DNA of 64,000 nucleotides from Octopus vulgaris (taxonomy: Eukaryota): contig OX597835.1 of NCBI GenBank assembly GCA_951406725.2, positions 24,800,001 through 24,864,000 of the forward strand. The letters are read 5' to 3'. Positions 12,524-24,782 of the stretch are shown here, piece by piece (the stretch's first letter is position 1; each line of letters opens with the position of its first letter). The notes under the pieces are model-generated. The model saw nothing but the letters and a program-made list of their open reading frames with translations, had not been told where the DNA came from and did no database searches. The position numbers and the translations under genes are program-made.

Positions 12524-15234
12524 TTATGTATGTACGTATGTATTTATGGTATGTACATATGTATGTATATATATATACACACACATACATATATACAACA
12601 AGCATGCACACACAATACATGCATAACACATCCATTATTGCATATATAGATTATGTGTATGATATATGTACGTATGTATATAATTATATACATAGTTATA
12701 TATAAATTTGCATACGTGTATACATATAATACATACACGCACATACACACGTGCATAAACATGCATACATGTATACATGGAAAAAATGCATACATAGATA
12801 CACGCACACATACGTTCACGCGTACACGTATACGTACAATACATTCAATCACACACACAAACACACGCAAATTCTTAATTAATTACTCCTTTAAAAATCA
12901 AAAGTTAATAGTCTTGTTCAGTCAACCAGTCGTTTGTTTTGATTGGATTAACCTACATAGCAAGGGTGGAGTACTCATAGGGCGATATGGCTTGGGTCCC
13001 TGGGGAGCTCTAACAGAGAGGGGCCGCTTTACTCTTGATTGAACGAACCAAGCAGGCAGGATATTTCTCTATACGCTGCTTGCGCCAACAGCGCCATCTT
13101 CCGAGAGATATTCTGTGGTTTCGAATTTTAGCAGAAGGCCAGTAATTTCGGAGGAATGGGGGGGGGTCTAGTCGATTTCATCGACCTGTACCCCACCCGC
13201 TGCCCCAGTGCTCAATTTCTACTTATTTTATCGACCCCGAAAGAATGGCAGGCAATGTCGACCTCGGCGGAATTTGAACCCCGAACATGAAAGACGGAGG
13301 AAATGCTGCTGCTGCTACCGCCACCACCACCACCACCACCACCACCACCACCACCACCACCACCACCACCACCACCACCACCACCACTACTACTACTACT
13401 ACTAAAAGAATTGACTCTAATACTGGAACGGTACCTTATTTGTTGACTCCTAGGGAATGAAAGGCAATACTGACATCACTGGGATTTGAACTCAGAATGT
13501 AGAGAGCCGGAATGAATACTGCTAGGCAACTAATTCCCCAACGTTTTACAACCCCTTAGTAATAAGGGTATGAACCGGGTGCAGTGGAATGACGAATATT
13601 TTTTGCCTTTATGTTAGTGACTGAGTTGATGTCTTTGTTGGCTCTGTTGAATGTGTAGGCTGTCACGTGATCATTAGTGGTTGTCATGTGACCGTCGCAG
13701 GATGTTTTGTTTGTTTTTGTTTTCTTCTTTCTTTCTTTCTGAACAGTTTTCTTTCCCAGTTTATAAACAGAAGGAGATACGACTTGATTTTGGTGGGTGG
13801 AGAGCGTGCATCAAGTTGCATTTCGATGACGTCCGGCAAAGAGATTAGGGAGGGAGGGAGGGAGGGCGAGGACGAGGACAAGGGCGAGGTAGAGACGAAG
13901 GAGTGAAGAGTGATATCATCTGCGCAGGCGTAGCGTATGCGTGCTATGTGCGTATGGTCATGACGTAACAGCGAGCAAAGTCGCTTATGTAGGATAAACA
14001 GAACGCCTAAGCGAGAGAGAGAGAGAGAGGGGGGAGGGAGGGAGAGAGAGAGAGGGAGGGAGAGAGAATGCCTGTTAATGTAAGGGTGGTTAGATTATTG
14101 ACAGAACTACGATGTACAATTGAGTTGTCTAAAAATAGGTTTTAGCGAGACGGGTTATTGTCCTTGTTGTTGTTGGTGCCGTTATTGTCGTCGTCGTCCT
14201 CGTTGTTGTTGATGCTGCTGCTGCATAGCTGCCTCCGAGGCCAGTATAATCCAGCCGACCTTTAAATCATATTCAAAGACCGTCGACCGACAATCACCCA
14301 GGATTAGCTTTAATAGGGTTTTCTTCAACGCAGTGTGTCTAACTGGCTGTCCCATAGTTTGTTCTTTTAAGATTTCTGTTCTTTATCCTTTACTTGTTTC
14401 AGTCATTCGACTGCGACCATGCTGAGGCACCGCCTTGAAGAATTTTAGTCGAATGAATCTTCTTGCCGAACCACTAAGTTACGAGGACGTAGATACACCA
14501 ACACCGGTGGTTGGGGCAAATACAGACACAAAAACATACACACGCACACCTACACACACACACACATATACATACATACACACACACACATACATATATA
14601 TACCACACGCCAGCTTAATTTAACTCGTAGTTAGTCGAAAGTCATCTGTTGTTGATGTCCTGTTGTTTGCATTTGTATTTGTGTACCATTTCTCCGTTTC
14701 TTCCGTCCTTGTTTTCGTATACATTTACTGCTTTCTTCCAAGGAATCTAGTGATCTTAGTTTGGATTTTCCTCAGGCTGGCCAGATTGGAGCAGCCTCAA
14801 GTATAACTAGCCGAAACTGCAAAGATGATCTGGAACTTTGAAGAAAACTCCGAATGACCTGTCCTTGTTTTTTCTTGTCCTTTTTTGAATCCTATAACTG
14901 CCTGGATGTTTTGTTGTCGCCTATTACGTTCTTGTCCCATTTTTTGTATTCAGTTTCTGCCTACCAAATCTACTCACAGGGCTTTGGTCGCCCCGAGAAG
15001 ACACTTGCCCAAGGTGTCATGCAGTGAAACTGAACCCGGAACAATTTGGTTGAGAAGCAGACTTCTAGCCACACAACCACGCCTGCGCCTATAAGTGGCT
15101 TTCTATAAAGAAGAAATCCCTGACTTTTACCAGTTCCTGATTTTGAGGCTTCTCTCCGGTGCTTTACCATTATGTAGCTTTCCTACGGCATAGGTGAAAA
15201 TTTCAATGTCAATTGGATAGCTTTTAGCGTTTCT

Positions 15235-15638
15235 CTTTCTCTTTTACTTGTTTCAGTCATTTGACTGCGGCCATGCTGGAGCACCGCCTTTAGTCGAGCA
15301 AATCGACCTCGGGACTTATTCTTTGTAAGCCCAGTACTTATTCTATCGGTCTCTTTTGCCGAACCGCTAAGTGACGGGGACGTAAACACACCAGCATCGG
15401 TTGTCCAGCGATGTTGGGGGGGGCGGACAAATACAGACACATAAACATACACACACATACATATATATACATATATACGACAGGCTTCTTTCAGTTTCCG
15501 TCTACCAAATCCACTCACAAGGCATTGGTCGGCCCGAGGCTATAGTAGAAGACACTTGCCAAGATGTCACGCAGTGGGACTGAACTCGGAACCCTGTGGT
15601 TGGCAAGCAAGCTACTTACCACACAGCCACTCCTGCGC
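15235..15638 (-). mobile_element. SINE family A
   Basis: Full-length reverse-complement copy. Confidence 0.85.
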
Positions 15639-15977
15639 GTTGACGTTGCTTTACTGCATCTAGCTACTTGCATTCTAATTAAAATCCTTACTTGCATTCC
15701 ATATCTTAAACCAGAATGATATTAGTGTTCCCTTAGAAGAGGGCCTTTTTATTACGATGATTTTCCCACCTCATCCTTTTGTATAAAACTCATTTATTCT
15801 TAGCAACACGAAGAGGGGTTACTTCAAGGCAGTTGTTGGAGCAGTGCTTCTCTATGACTCTCCTGCGTGAACACCAGAGAAGAGACTTGCAAAGAGGCTT
15901 CATAGCACAAGCACGAAAATGCTTAGTACAGTTTTTAGTCTTTCTTAGCAGCGGCACTCTACAAAGCAGGTAGTCAA

Positions 15978-16212
15978 GGCGGCAAGCTGGCAGAAACGTT
16001 AACAGCCGGGCGAAATGCGTAACCGTATTTCGTCTACCTCTACGTTCTGAGTTCAAATTCCGCCTAGGTCGACTTTGCCTTTCATCCTTTAGGGGTCGAT
16101 AAATTAAGTACCAGTTATGCACTGGGGTAGATATAATCGACTTAATCCGTTTGTCTGTCCTTGTTTGTCCTCTCTGTGTTTAGCCCCTTGTGGGTAGTAA
16201 AGAAATAGGTAG
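15978..16212 (+). mobile_element. SINE family B
   Basis: Matches 1735-1950 including the tail gtttagccccttgtgggtagtaaagaaa. Confidence 0.85.
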
Positions 16213-16214
16213 TC

Positions 16215-16620
16215 ATCCTACCACCACCTTGGTAATCATGGAAAGAAGAACACGTAATGCAGGACACTGCTGGAGAAGCAAAAATGAAAGATCCCGGGAT
16301 CTCCTTTTCTGGAAACCTATGCATGGACTTGACAGCAACACCCTCCAAAGCAGCGGCTGTATGGTCATTTTCTTACCATCACCTCAGTAATCAGAGAAAA
16401 AATAACACGTGATGCAGGAGATTGCTGGAAAAGCCAGGATGAAATATCCAGCGATGTCTTTCTCTGGAAACCCATGGTATCAGCAGAACAAGAAGAATAT
16501 ATTTCGATCAACACGTGAAGACTCTGAATATCGAGTTGGGAATATGAAGACTGCTATGGAGGATCATGGTATTTGGTGTGGAAGAGTAGCCTTGGCTTGA
16601 GCAAGTCGCCCAATCGAATA
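16215..16620 (+). pseudogene. Degenerate RTE-clade LINE C-terminal fragments (internally duplicated)
   Basis: AGHCWRSKNERSRDLLFWKPMHG motif, with a second decayed copy at ~16405-16480. Confidence 0.5.
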
Positions 16621-16621
16621 G

Positions 16622-16732
<111 letters not shown>

Positions 16733-17802
16733 CTGATAGGTAGGTAGGTAGGTAGGTAGGTATGTATGTAGGTAGGTAAGTAGGTAGGTAGGTAGGTAGG
16801 TAGGTAGGTAGGTAGGTAGGGGAAGAAGATTAGAAGCCGGTTCTTTTTCTATTGGCAAGAATTCTTGAAATAAAACTGAATACACTCAATCACACATGCA
16901 TACATATACATGTATGAATGTATGTGTATGTGCATTCGTGTGTGTGTGTGCATCTGTGTTAGTATGAGCATGCATTCGTGTGTGTGCATCCGTAATTGTG
17001 TGTGTGTGTGTATTTAAGGTATCTCTTGCAGAACACTGATGAATAATGTTTGTATAAGTGTTATGTAATTATCACGGCATTTTGATGAAATGCGTGTATG
17101 TTCTATAAAGCGTTGAATACCATTCCTGTTGTCTGTATTTTATTACAGCTATTATTTGGCTTGTTTTGTGCACTCTGGGGTTGGTGCCTCGCATCGTACT
17201 ACAAGGAATACAGGAGTAGAGTGTGGAACCCTGGAACCCGTTACTGAGTCTGATCTTTGGCTACAAGTCACTCTTCACATTGCCTTCATTCTTTACACAC
17301 ATTTTTTTTTCGCAGCATTCGCGAATTCCCGTCACTCTTTGTCGCTCTTTAATTCCATTATTAGGAATTTGAAATGGGAGGTTAAACGACACCTCTATGG
17401 GTACACTGCAGTTACTCTCTTTGGGACCCTGACCGCTGATCTTCTAGGATTCCTCCATTCAGCATCAATGCTAGAAGCACCTTTCGCTTAGTTGAGCTCT
17501 TCTACTCCCTCTTCACAATCCGCCATGCTTCAGTCCCACGACTTCGCCATATCCCTATGTATGTATGTATGTATGTATGTATGTATGTATGTATGTATGT
17601 ATGTATGAATGTATGAATGTATGCATGTTTTGTATGTATGTATGTATGTATGTTTTGTATGTATGCATGTATGTATGTATGTATGTATGTATGTATGTAT
17701 GTATGTATGTATGTATGTATGTATGTATGTATGTATGGCTGGCTGGTTGGATGGATGTATGCTTACATGTGTGTGTGTGTGTGTGTGTATATGTGTACGT
17801 AC

Positions 17803-17902
<100 letters not shown>

Positions 17903-18595
17903 ATGGATGGATGGATGGATGAATGGATAGTTAGATAGATAGAGTTACAATAATATATAAAAATTAGTTTTATTGGGCACAAGGACTCAAAACGATGAAT
18001 GCTACATCAAAAGACAAAATACAACACAAAACAGCTACAATAATAGCATAGCAATAAAAACGGTAACAGAAACAACAACAACAACAACAATAAGATGTTG
18101 ATAACTCACGACATACACACCAAGCAAATATCACATGAACTGACGTCTGGTATTTTATATTACGTAACATGTTACTTCCGGTCTCTGCATTGTTGATGTT
18201 GTTGTTGTTGGGGGGGGGAGCGAGGACGAAGAGGGGAGCAGGAGGAGGAGGGGTGGTATTGTTGATATTACTGTTGTTCTTACTGTTGTTTAATCCCAAC
18301 TCGACTGGAATCAAACACACGTGTGTGCCTCCTTTTTCTTTCTTTCTCCTTCATTCTCTCTCTCTCTCCCTCTCTCTCTTTATCTCCCTCCCTCTCACTA
18401 TCTCCCTCTCTATCTATCTATCTATCTATCCCTCAAGCTCAGTCTGTGTCTCTATATATTAATGGTGCCTTGCTGCCTGTCTATTACTCTATCTATATGC
18501 CTGTCTGTGTGCATGTTTATTTCTCTCTCTGTTTCTCTCTCTCTCTCTTTCTCTAGCTATCTATCTGTCTTATATATATATATATATATATATAG

Positions 18596-18793
18596 TTAAT
18601 CCGAACAAGAAAGCACAAAAAAACACAACAACGCGTGGACGTGGAACAAATATAGTATTATTGGACACTCAGGAAAGAAGGAAAGAAGGAGGGCTTAACG
18701 TTTCGAGCGGAGCTCCTCGCGGAAACATAGGAGAAGGAAAGATCCAGAGAAGGGAAGACAGAGGAAAAAAATCGCCAACGGTACACACGCGGT

Positions 18794-18800
<7 letters not shown>
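18596..18800 (-). mobile_element. PLE-related terminal repeat (sister family) with a decayed HHR
   Basis: Reverse complement aligns with 50318-50527; contains gagctccgctcGAAACGTT; flanked by (TA)n. Confidence 0.75.
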
Positions 18801-18852
<52 letters not shown>

Positions 18853-18949
18853 CGGGAGGCTTTATGAAAATAAACAAAAGACGAAGGCAGGTGGAAAACA
18901 AACGAACAATTGTATTAGTATGGCGCTCAGGAAATATAAATAAAACAAG

Positions 18950-18987
18950 TCTTTAACGTTTCGAGCCTACGCTCTTCAACAGAAAGA
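18950..18987 (-). ncRNA. Minimal type I hammerhead ribozyme motif (core variant CUGUUGA)
   Basis: TCTTT CTGTTGA A GAGC GTAG GCTC GAAAC GTT AAAGA: stem I UCUUU/AAAGA, stem II GAGC/GCUC, palindromic ACGU stem III. Confidence 0.7.
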
Positions 18988-19169
18988 TACACAGAGAGAG
19001 AAAAACACAGAAAGAAGGAGAGAAAAAAAATGCGTGCAGTAGCTAACGAATCAACATGGCGATCTGATTTCGGCCAGAGGTCAAAGATCAAACATGAGAC
19101 GCGAGAGCGAAATAAGGGGAGATAATAGGGTTGATAAAAGGGTTGAGGGACCAGCTAAAAGTGCGTGGG

Positions 19170-19500
19170 AGGGGTCTGGATGTGTGTATGTATAGGGTTG
19201 GTGTATGTATTAGTATGTATAAGGATGTGTGTGTGTGTGTGTGTGTGTATGAGAGAGTATTAGTGCGTAAGATTGGTCTGGACGTGCGTATGTATGGGGT
19301 TGGTGTATGTATTAGTATGTATTAGTATGTATTAGTACGTATTGGTATGTATAGGTGTCTGTGTGTGTGTGTGAGAGAGTATATAGTGCGTATGCGGGTC
19401 TGGACGTGTGTATGTATAGGGTTGGTGTAAGTATTAGTATGTACTAGTATGTATTAGTACGTATTAGTATGTATTAGTTGGTGTGTGTATTAGTATGGCA
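19170..19500. repeat. Three ~100-125-bp tandem units in the PLE 3' region
   Basis: ggtctgga.gtg.gtatgtat.gggttggtgta recurs at ~19173, 19274, 19397. Confidence 0.75.
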
Positions 19501-22038
19501 CATCATATGTGATGTGATGTGTAAAGTCATGTGGTGTAGTGAGGAGAAGAGGGGGAGGGGGAGAAGAGGGGGAAGGGGGAAGGGGGGAAGGGGGGGAGAA
19601 GGGGAGGGGAAGAAGAGGGGGAGGAGAAGGGGGAGAGGAGAGGATGGGGGAGAAGGAAGGGGATGAGGGGGATGAAGGAGGAAAGAGGGAGAGGGGGAGA
19701 GAGAAGGGGAGAGAGGGAGTGAGGGAGCAGAGGGAAGGGGAAGAGGGAGGGAGAAAGAGGGAAGAAGGGAAGGGGAGTAGGGGTGAAAGGATGAAGGACT
19801 GAAGAAGTAGGGGTCGGGGGAGAAAGGATAGGTGAGGAGGGGGGAGAGGGGGTTAGATGAGGAGGGGGGAGAGTTGAGACCAAATGGCGTATAAGAGCGA
19901 AGAGAGAAGATTAATTCCTGTTCACGGCGCAAACGGGAATCCGGATGGCCTCTGTGTAAGGACAAACCGAACACAGATAGGTGTTGCAAGGAGTGACCGG
20001 TGGAGCGGAAATGGCGTGAGACCGGTGTGTCGTTCGCAAGGTGGATGTCACGAAGGTGTTCCGCGAACCGGTCAGCCAAGCGGCGTCCCGTTTGTCCGAT
20101 GTACAAGGAATTGCAGAGAGAGCAAGAGATGCAATAGATAATATTGCTGGAGGTGCAGGTGAAGGAGTGGATGATGGGATAGGGTCGATGGTGGGTGCTA
20201 GTGAGGCGGGTGGTGTTGGAGAGGTAAGGGCAAGTGCGGCAACGTGGGCGGGAGCAGGGGAACGAGCCGGGTTGGGAGGTAGGGTCAGGGAAGGAGCTAT
20301 GGACCAAAAGGTCTCGAAGGTTGTGGGCTCGTTTGAAAGAGGGGAGGGGTCGGTTAGGGAAGAGGTGTGAAGTGGACGGGTCGGACTGGAGATGACGGAA
20401 AGCTCGAAGAATGGTGCGTTGGAGACGTAGGGTCGTGGGGTGGTAAGTGAGGGGAAAAGGGAGGCGGGAGACTACAGGGCGGGTTCGGGGAGAGAGAGCA
20501 GATACACGGTCCACGGACCGTGCTCTGGCAAGGGCGGTGTGGATAGTGGTGAGGGGGTATCCACGTAGGGTGAAGTGGTGAGCCATACGTTGAGACTGAG
20601 TCTCAAAGTCATGGTCGTCACTACAGAGCCTACGTAGACGGAGGAATTGGGAATAGGGGATGGAAAGCTTGGTGTGTTCTGGGTGGGAGGAAGAGAAGTT
20701 GAGGTAGGAGTGTGAGTCTGTGTGTTTGTAGTGAATGGAGGTGGTAAGAGTGGAGTGAAGAATGCTAACCGAAATGTCGAGGAAGGAGACAGAGGTGTTG
20801 GAGATAGTGGAAGTGAAGTGGAGGGCTGGATGGAAAGATTGGACGAAAGAGAGGAAGGAATCTAGATGTTCGCGGGAGAGTGAGGTGGCACCGATAATGT
20901 CGTCAATATAACGACCATATAGTTCAGGAGTGGGACCAGTGAAATTAGAGAATATTTGGGCCTCAACATAGCCAACGAACAGGTTCGCATAGTTGGGGCC
21001 CATTCGCGTTCCCATGGCCACTCCCGAGACCTGATGGTAGAACTCGCCCGCGAACGAGAAGCAGTTCAGAGTAAGGACAAGTTCGGCCAGACGAATGAGT
21101 GTGGAGGTGTCAGGTACAGGGTTAGAGCGGAGGTCAAGAAAGTGTCGAAGGGCCTGCAGTCCTTCGTGGTGAGGGATAACAGTATAGAGGCTTTGGATGT
21201 CCATAGTAAAAAGGATTTTGGAAGAGCCGGGAGGAAAGGAGAAAGAGTTGAAAAGCCGGAGAGCATGGTTGGTATCGTGGATGTGGGAGGGAAGAGATGC
21301 CACTAGGGGGGCAAGGACACGGTCGAGGTATTTAGAGATGAGCTCCGTGGGGCAGTTACAGGCGGAGACGATGGGGCGGCCAGGGTTGTTGGGTTTGTGG
21401 ATTTTGGGGAGGAAGTAAATGGTGGGGGTACGTGGGGTTCGCACAATTAGGTTGGATGCGGTGCGGGGGAGACGGGAGGACGAGATGAGGTCTTGGACAG
21501 TAGAGGATACCGTCTGTTGGTAGCTACGTGTGGGGTTAGAGGGCAGAGGGGAATAGAAGGAGGTGTCATTGAGTTGGCGGAAAGCCTCGGCCCTATAGAG
21601 GTCCGCGCGCCACACCACTACAGCTCCACCCTTGTCAGCCGGTTTGATGATAATGTCAGCGCGCCGTTGGAGGGAACGAAGAGCCAAGAGCTCAGCCGGG
21701 GAGATGTTGAGGCGGCGTTGGCGCCTGGAGAAGTTGAACCGCTCCAATGCACGCTGACAAGCGCCCGCGAAAAGATCCACTGCTAGGATCTGGCCAGGGG
21801 CAGGCGTCCACGGGGATGGTCGGCGGCCCAGGCCAGTGAAGCAGTCGTCCTCTTCGTTGGGTGTGGGTGGCGAGTCGTGGTAATGCGCACCCAACCGGAC
21901 ACGGCGCACAAAGCTGTGGACATCAACTCGCGTCTGGAATTCCTTACAGGATGGAGTGAGGGGGGATGAAACGCAGACCCCTACCAAGGACGGAGCGTTC
22001 AGCCGCAGAGAGGGGAAGATCGGGGGGAATGGTAACAA
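19474..22038 (-). CDS. PLE reverse transcriptase and GIY-YIG endonuclease (homologous part ~21960-19855)
   Basis: IIIKPADKGGAVVV, LPKIHKPNNPGRPIVS, FTMDIQSLYT, GVAMGTRMGPNYANLF, RYIDD, CSRPRCRTC, IIYCISCSLCNSLYIGQTGR, PFGLN. Confidence 0.95.
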   Translation of the reverse strand: MLPFPPIFPSLRLNAPSLVGVCVSSPLTPSCKEFQTRVDVHSFVRRVRLGAHYHDSPPTPNEEDDCFTGLGRRPSPWTPAPGQILAVDLFAGACQRALERFNFSRRQRRLNISPAELLALRSLQRRADIIIKPADKGGAVVVWRADLYRAEAFRQLNDTSFYSPLPSNPTRSYQQTVSSTVQDLISSSRLPRTASNLIVRTPRTPTIYFLPKIHKPNNPGRPIVSACNCPTELISKYLDRVLAPLVASLPSHIHDTNHALRLFNSFSFPPGSSKILFTMDIQSLYTVIPHHEGLQALRHFLDLRSNPVPDTSTLIRLAELVLTLNCFSFAGEFYHQVSGVAMGTRMGPNYANLFVGYVEAQIFSNFTGPTPELYGRYIDDIIGATSLSREHLDSFLSFVQSFHPALHFTSTISNTSVSFLDISVSILHSTLTTSIHYKHTDSHSYLNFSSSHPEHTKLSIPYSQFLRLRRLCSDDHDFETQSQRMAHHFTLRGYPLTTIHTALARARSVDRVSALSPRTRPVVSRLPFPLTYHPTTLRLQRTILRAFRHLQSDPSTSHLFPNRPLPSFKRAHNLRDLLVHSSFPDPTSQPGSFPCSRPRCRTCPYLSNTTRLTSTHHRPYPIIHSFTCTSSNIIYCISCSLCNSLYIGQTGRRLADRFAEHLRDIHLANDTPVSRHFRSTGHSLQHLSVFGLSLHRGHPDSRLRREQELIFSLRSYTPFGLNSPPSSSNPLSPLLTYPFSPDPYFFSPSSFHPYSPSLLPSFSLPLPLPSAPSLPLSPSLSPSPSFLLHPPHPLPSPPSSPLPLLLPLFFPSPSPPLPPFPLPPLLPLPLFSSLHHMTLHITSHMMCHTNTHTN

Positions 22039-22178
22039 CAGACGGAAGTGGAGAAGGGGTGGATGGAATAGAAGTAGGAGGGGTGGTAGGTCTCGTGGAG
22101 GTCTGAGGGGGGAGGGATTGGAGAGGTGTGTGGGGGTGGTTGGGCGGGGCAGTAGGGTTAGGTGTAGGTGGATGGAGC

Positions 22179-22642
22179 CTAACGGGAGGGGAGAAGGGTT
22201 GTAGGGAGGGGCAGTGGGGTTAGGTGTGGGTGGATGGAGCCTATCGGGAGGGAGAAGGGTGGTGGAGGAGTTGGGGTAGTGGCGTCGGGTAGGGTGGAAT
22301 GGAAGAGTGATTGGAGTTTACGTTGTTTGGTATCAGAAAGAAATTGATGGAAGAGTTGATTCAAATGGATAATGAAGCGTAGCGTGTTTGGAGCATAGAG
22401 AGGCGGCAGAGAGGAGAAGAAGGTGGAGAAAGCAGGAGGAAGAAGGCGGTTGATGGCATGTAGTTTGGAGAGATTGGAGCGAATGGTGGCCCGCATAAGG
22501 CGGTAAGATGTGGTGCGGAGTATGGGTAAGATGGAAGAATCCGAGTGGAGAGCAGGGTGGAAGTGGAGGCGGAAACCTTTAGGGATGAGTCGGTGATGTA
22601 GGCAGCGGCTTAGGAAAGAGACATGGCTAGAGAAGCGGGTTT
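22179..22642 (-). CDS. N-terminal segment of the same PLE protein, frameshifted from the main ORF
   Basis: Frame is open upstream of the called Met: TRFSSHVSFLSRCLHHRLIPKGFRLHF...TKQRKLQSL, then a Pro-rich linker. Confidence 0.8.
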
Positions 22643-22682
22643 TTTAAAAAAAGTAGAGAGATATATATATATATATATATAC

Positions 22683-22725
<43 letters not shown>

Positions 22726-22727
<2 letters not shown>

Positions 22728-23112
22728 TGTTTCTTTATTAGCCACACAGGGCTGCACACAGATAGAACAAATTACAAGGTAGAGCTTTTCTTTTGAAGGT
22801 TTAAAAAAAAAAAAAAAAAAAAAGGGAAGGGGAGTTTCGATCAAAAGGGATCGTAAAAGGAGAGAAAGAGGACAAAAAAAGGGGGGTTAAGAAAAAAGGG
22901 GAGAGAAAAAAAAAAAAAAAAAAAAAATTGATCAATAGGGATCGTTATCACAGAAATGTCAATATGAAGTGTAAAGGGGAGGACAGGTGAGGTTTACCCG
23001 TGGAAAGAAAAGCCTACGGAAAAGACCACGGTAACCTCGGTCAATGAAGTCACATTTTATATTTCTTTTTTTGCAAATAAGCAACTCTCTGTTTTCGATT
23101 TCTGGGTTCATA
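22726..23112 (-). mobile_element. Retroposon 3' end embedded in (TATC)n
   Basis: Inverted homolog of 23976-24287; ends gctaataaagaaacata then (TCTA)n. Confidence 0.7.
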
Positions 23113-23119
23113 AGATAGA

Positions 23120-23154
<35 letters not shown>

Positions 23155-23298
23155 CTATGGAAAATCCATCCCTGGACTGAAATTACAATCACGCACCCAT
23201 CGCAAATAGATGCAGCTTCTTAACGTCCCCACCCCTATTACTCTCTTTAAGTCCTCCTCTTCAAACACTCATAAGTCGAAACCGACGAAGGAGACCAT

Positions 23299-23360
<62 letters not shown>

Positions 23361-23366
<6 letters not shown>

Positions 23367-23835
23367 ATGGTCTGCCCAGCGGATGTTAACATAATGCTGA
23401 AGATCAGTGAAAAAGAGAATATTTACGCTGAACTATTGAGAAATCTGCAGTTACTCAATCTAGATTACAAGTTCAGGTTTATACCTGTAATTATTGAGGC
23501 ACTGGGATATGTAACACACTGCCTAAAAACCAATCTTGAGAAATTAGGCTTCTCAAAACCAGAAAAGAGAAAGCTAATTCGAAGGCTACAGATCAAAGCT
23601 ATCACTGGAACTGTAAAAATCTGTAAAACTTTCCAGAAGTTTATAATTTAGATATATATATCAGCATATTTAGAGAATACATATATAAAGCAACACATAC
23701 AAATCATTCATACTTACATACATACAAAAATACCCTGTTGATGATGTTGAAATTCCAATAAAGGAGCCTTGGATCTAGGTTAGAAACCGGTTCTTTTTCT
23801 ATTGGCAAAAAATCTTGAAATAAAACTGAACAAAA
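23361..23835 (+). pseudogene. R4-like RLE LINE C-terminus and 3' UTR, 5'-truncated
   Basis: CPADVNI..K..EKENIYAELLRNLQLL...FIPVIIEALG; homologous to 59433-60062; 3' end also present at ~16830-16882. Confidence 0.75.
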
Positions 23836-23975
23836 ACATACAAACACATGTTTCTGGATCTCCCTGTTTATCTATATCCATCGGCCTATCTCCATGATTA
23901 TTTTTCTCTATATAAACAACCGGCCTTCTATCTGTGTATCGAACAATCAATCTATCTATCTACCTGTCTATCTAT

Positions 23976-24285
23976 ACCGAGGTTACCGTGGTCTTTTCCG
24001 TAGGCTTTTCTTTCCACGGGTAAACCTCACCTGTCCTCCCCTTTACACTTCATATTGACATTTCTGTGATTACGATCCCTATTGATCAACTTTTTTTTCC
24101 TCTCCCCTTTTCTTTTTTTCCTCTCCCCCCTTTTTTTAAATCCTACCCTTTTTTTGTCCTCTTTCTTTCCTTTTACGATCCCTTTTGATCGAAAACCAAC
24201 CCCCTTTTTTTTACCCCCAAAAGAAAAGCTCTACCTTGTAATTTGTTCTGTCTGTGTGCAGCCCTGTGTGGCTAATAAAGAAACA

Positions 24286-24287
<2 letters not shown>
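23976..24287 (+). mobile_element. Retroposon 3' end embedded in (TATC)n
   Basis: accgaggttaccgtggtcttttccgtaggc...gctaataaagaaacata(tcta)n; same family as 22726-23112. Confidence 0.7.
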
Positions 24288-24345
<58 letters not shown>

Positions 24346-24782
24346 CATCTATCTACCTGTCTATCTATCTATCTTTCTGTCTTTCTATATATCTATCTAT
24401 CAATGTGTCCTACCCACCTACCTATCTATTTATCTATCTATCTATTTATCTATCTGTCTGTGTGTTTGTCTGTCCATCTTTTTAACTGTCTGTCTGTCTG
24501 TCTTCCTATCTCTCTATATTTCTGTCTTTATATCTATCGGTGCATTTGCCTGCCTGTTTCTTTGTCTTTATATCTCTGCCTCTCTATATATTTCTCTGTC
24601 TATACCCCTATCCAAATATACACATAGGTCTATATGCCGATGGATCACGCACGATGTATAGCTGAGTCGTTGTCTATCAATGTAACTTCGTACAAATAAA
24701 TCTGTTTAGACTGTATGTATAACTCTATATATGCGCATGCGTGTGTATGCTTAGTATGCAGGTATGCTTACGTTGCGTGTAC

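Larger units (their letters stand above)
18851..22660 (-). mobile_element. Penelope-like retroelement (Neptune type), 5'-truncated, inserted in (TA)n
   Basis: RT plus GIY-YIG ORF, N-terminal HVSFLSRCLHHRLIPKGF motif, 3' region with tandem repeats and an HHR; (TA)n at both ends. Confidence 0.93.

Noticed and set aside
19474-19850. Pro/Ser/Leu-rich C-terminal extension of the 854-aa ORF
   Set aside because: Homology ends at PFGLN; the rest is read-through into a pyrimidine-rich 3' UTR, probably through a homopolymer indel.
19884-22204. Plus-strand ORFs overlapping the PLE
   Set aside because: Antisense shadows of a C-rich coding strand with no recognisable motifs.
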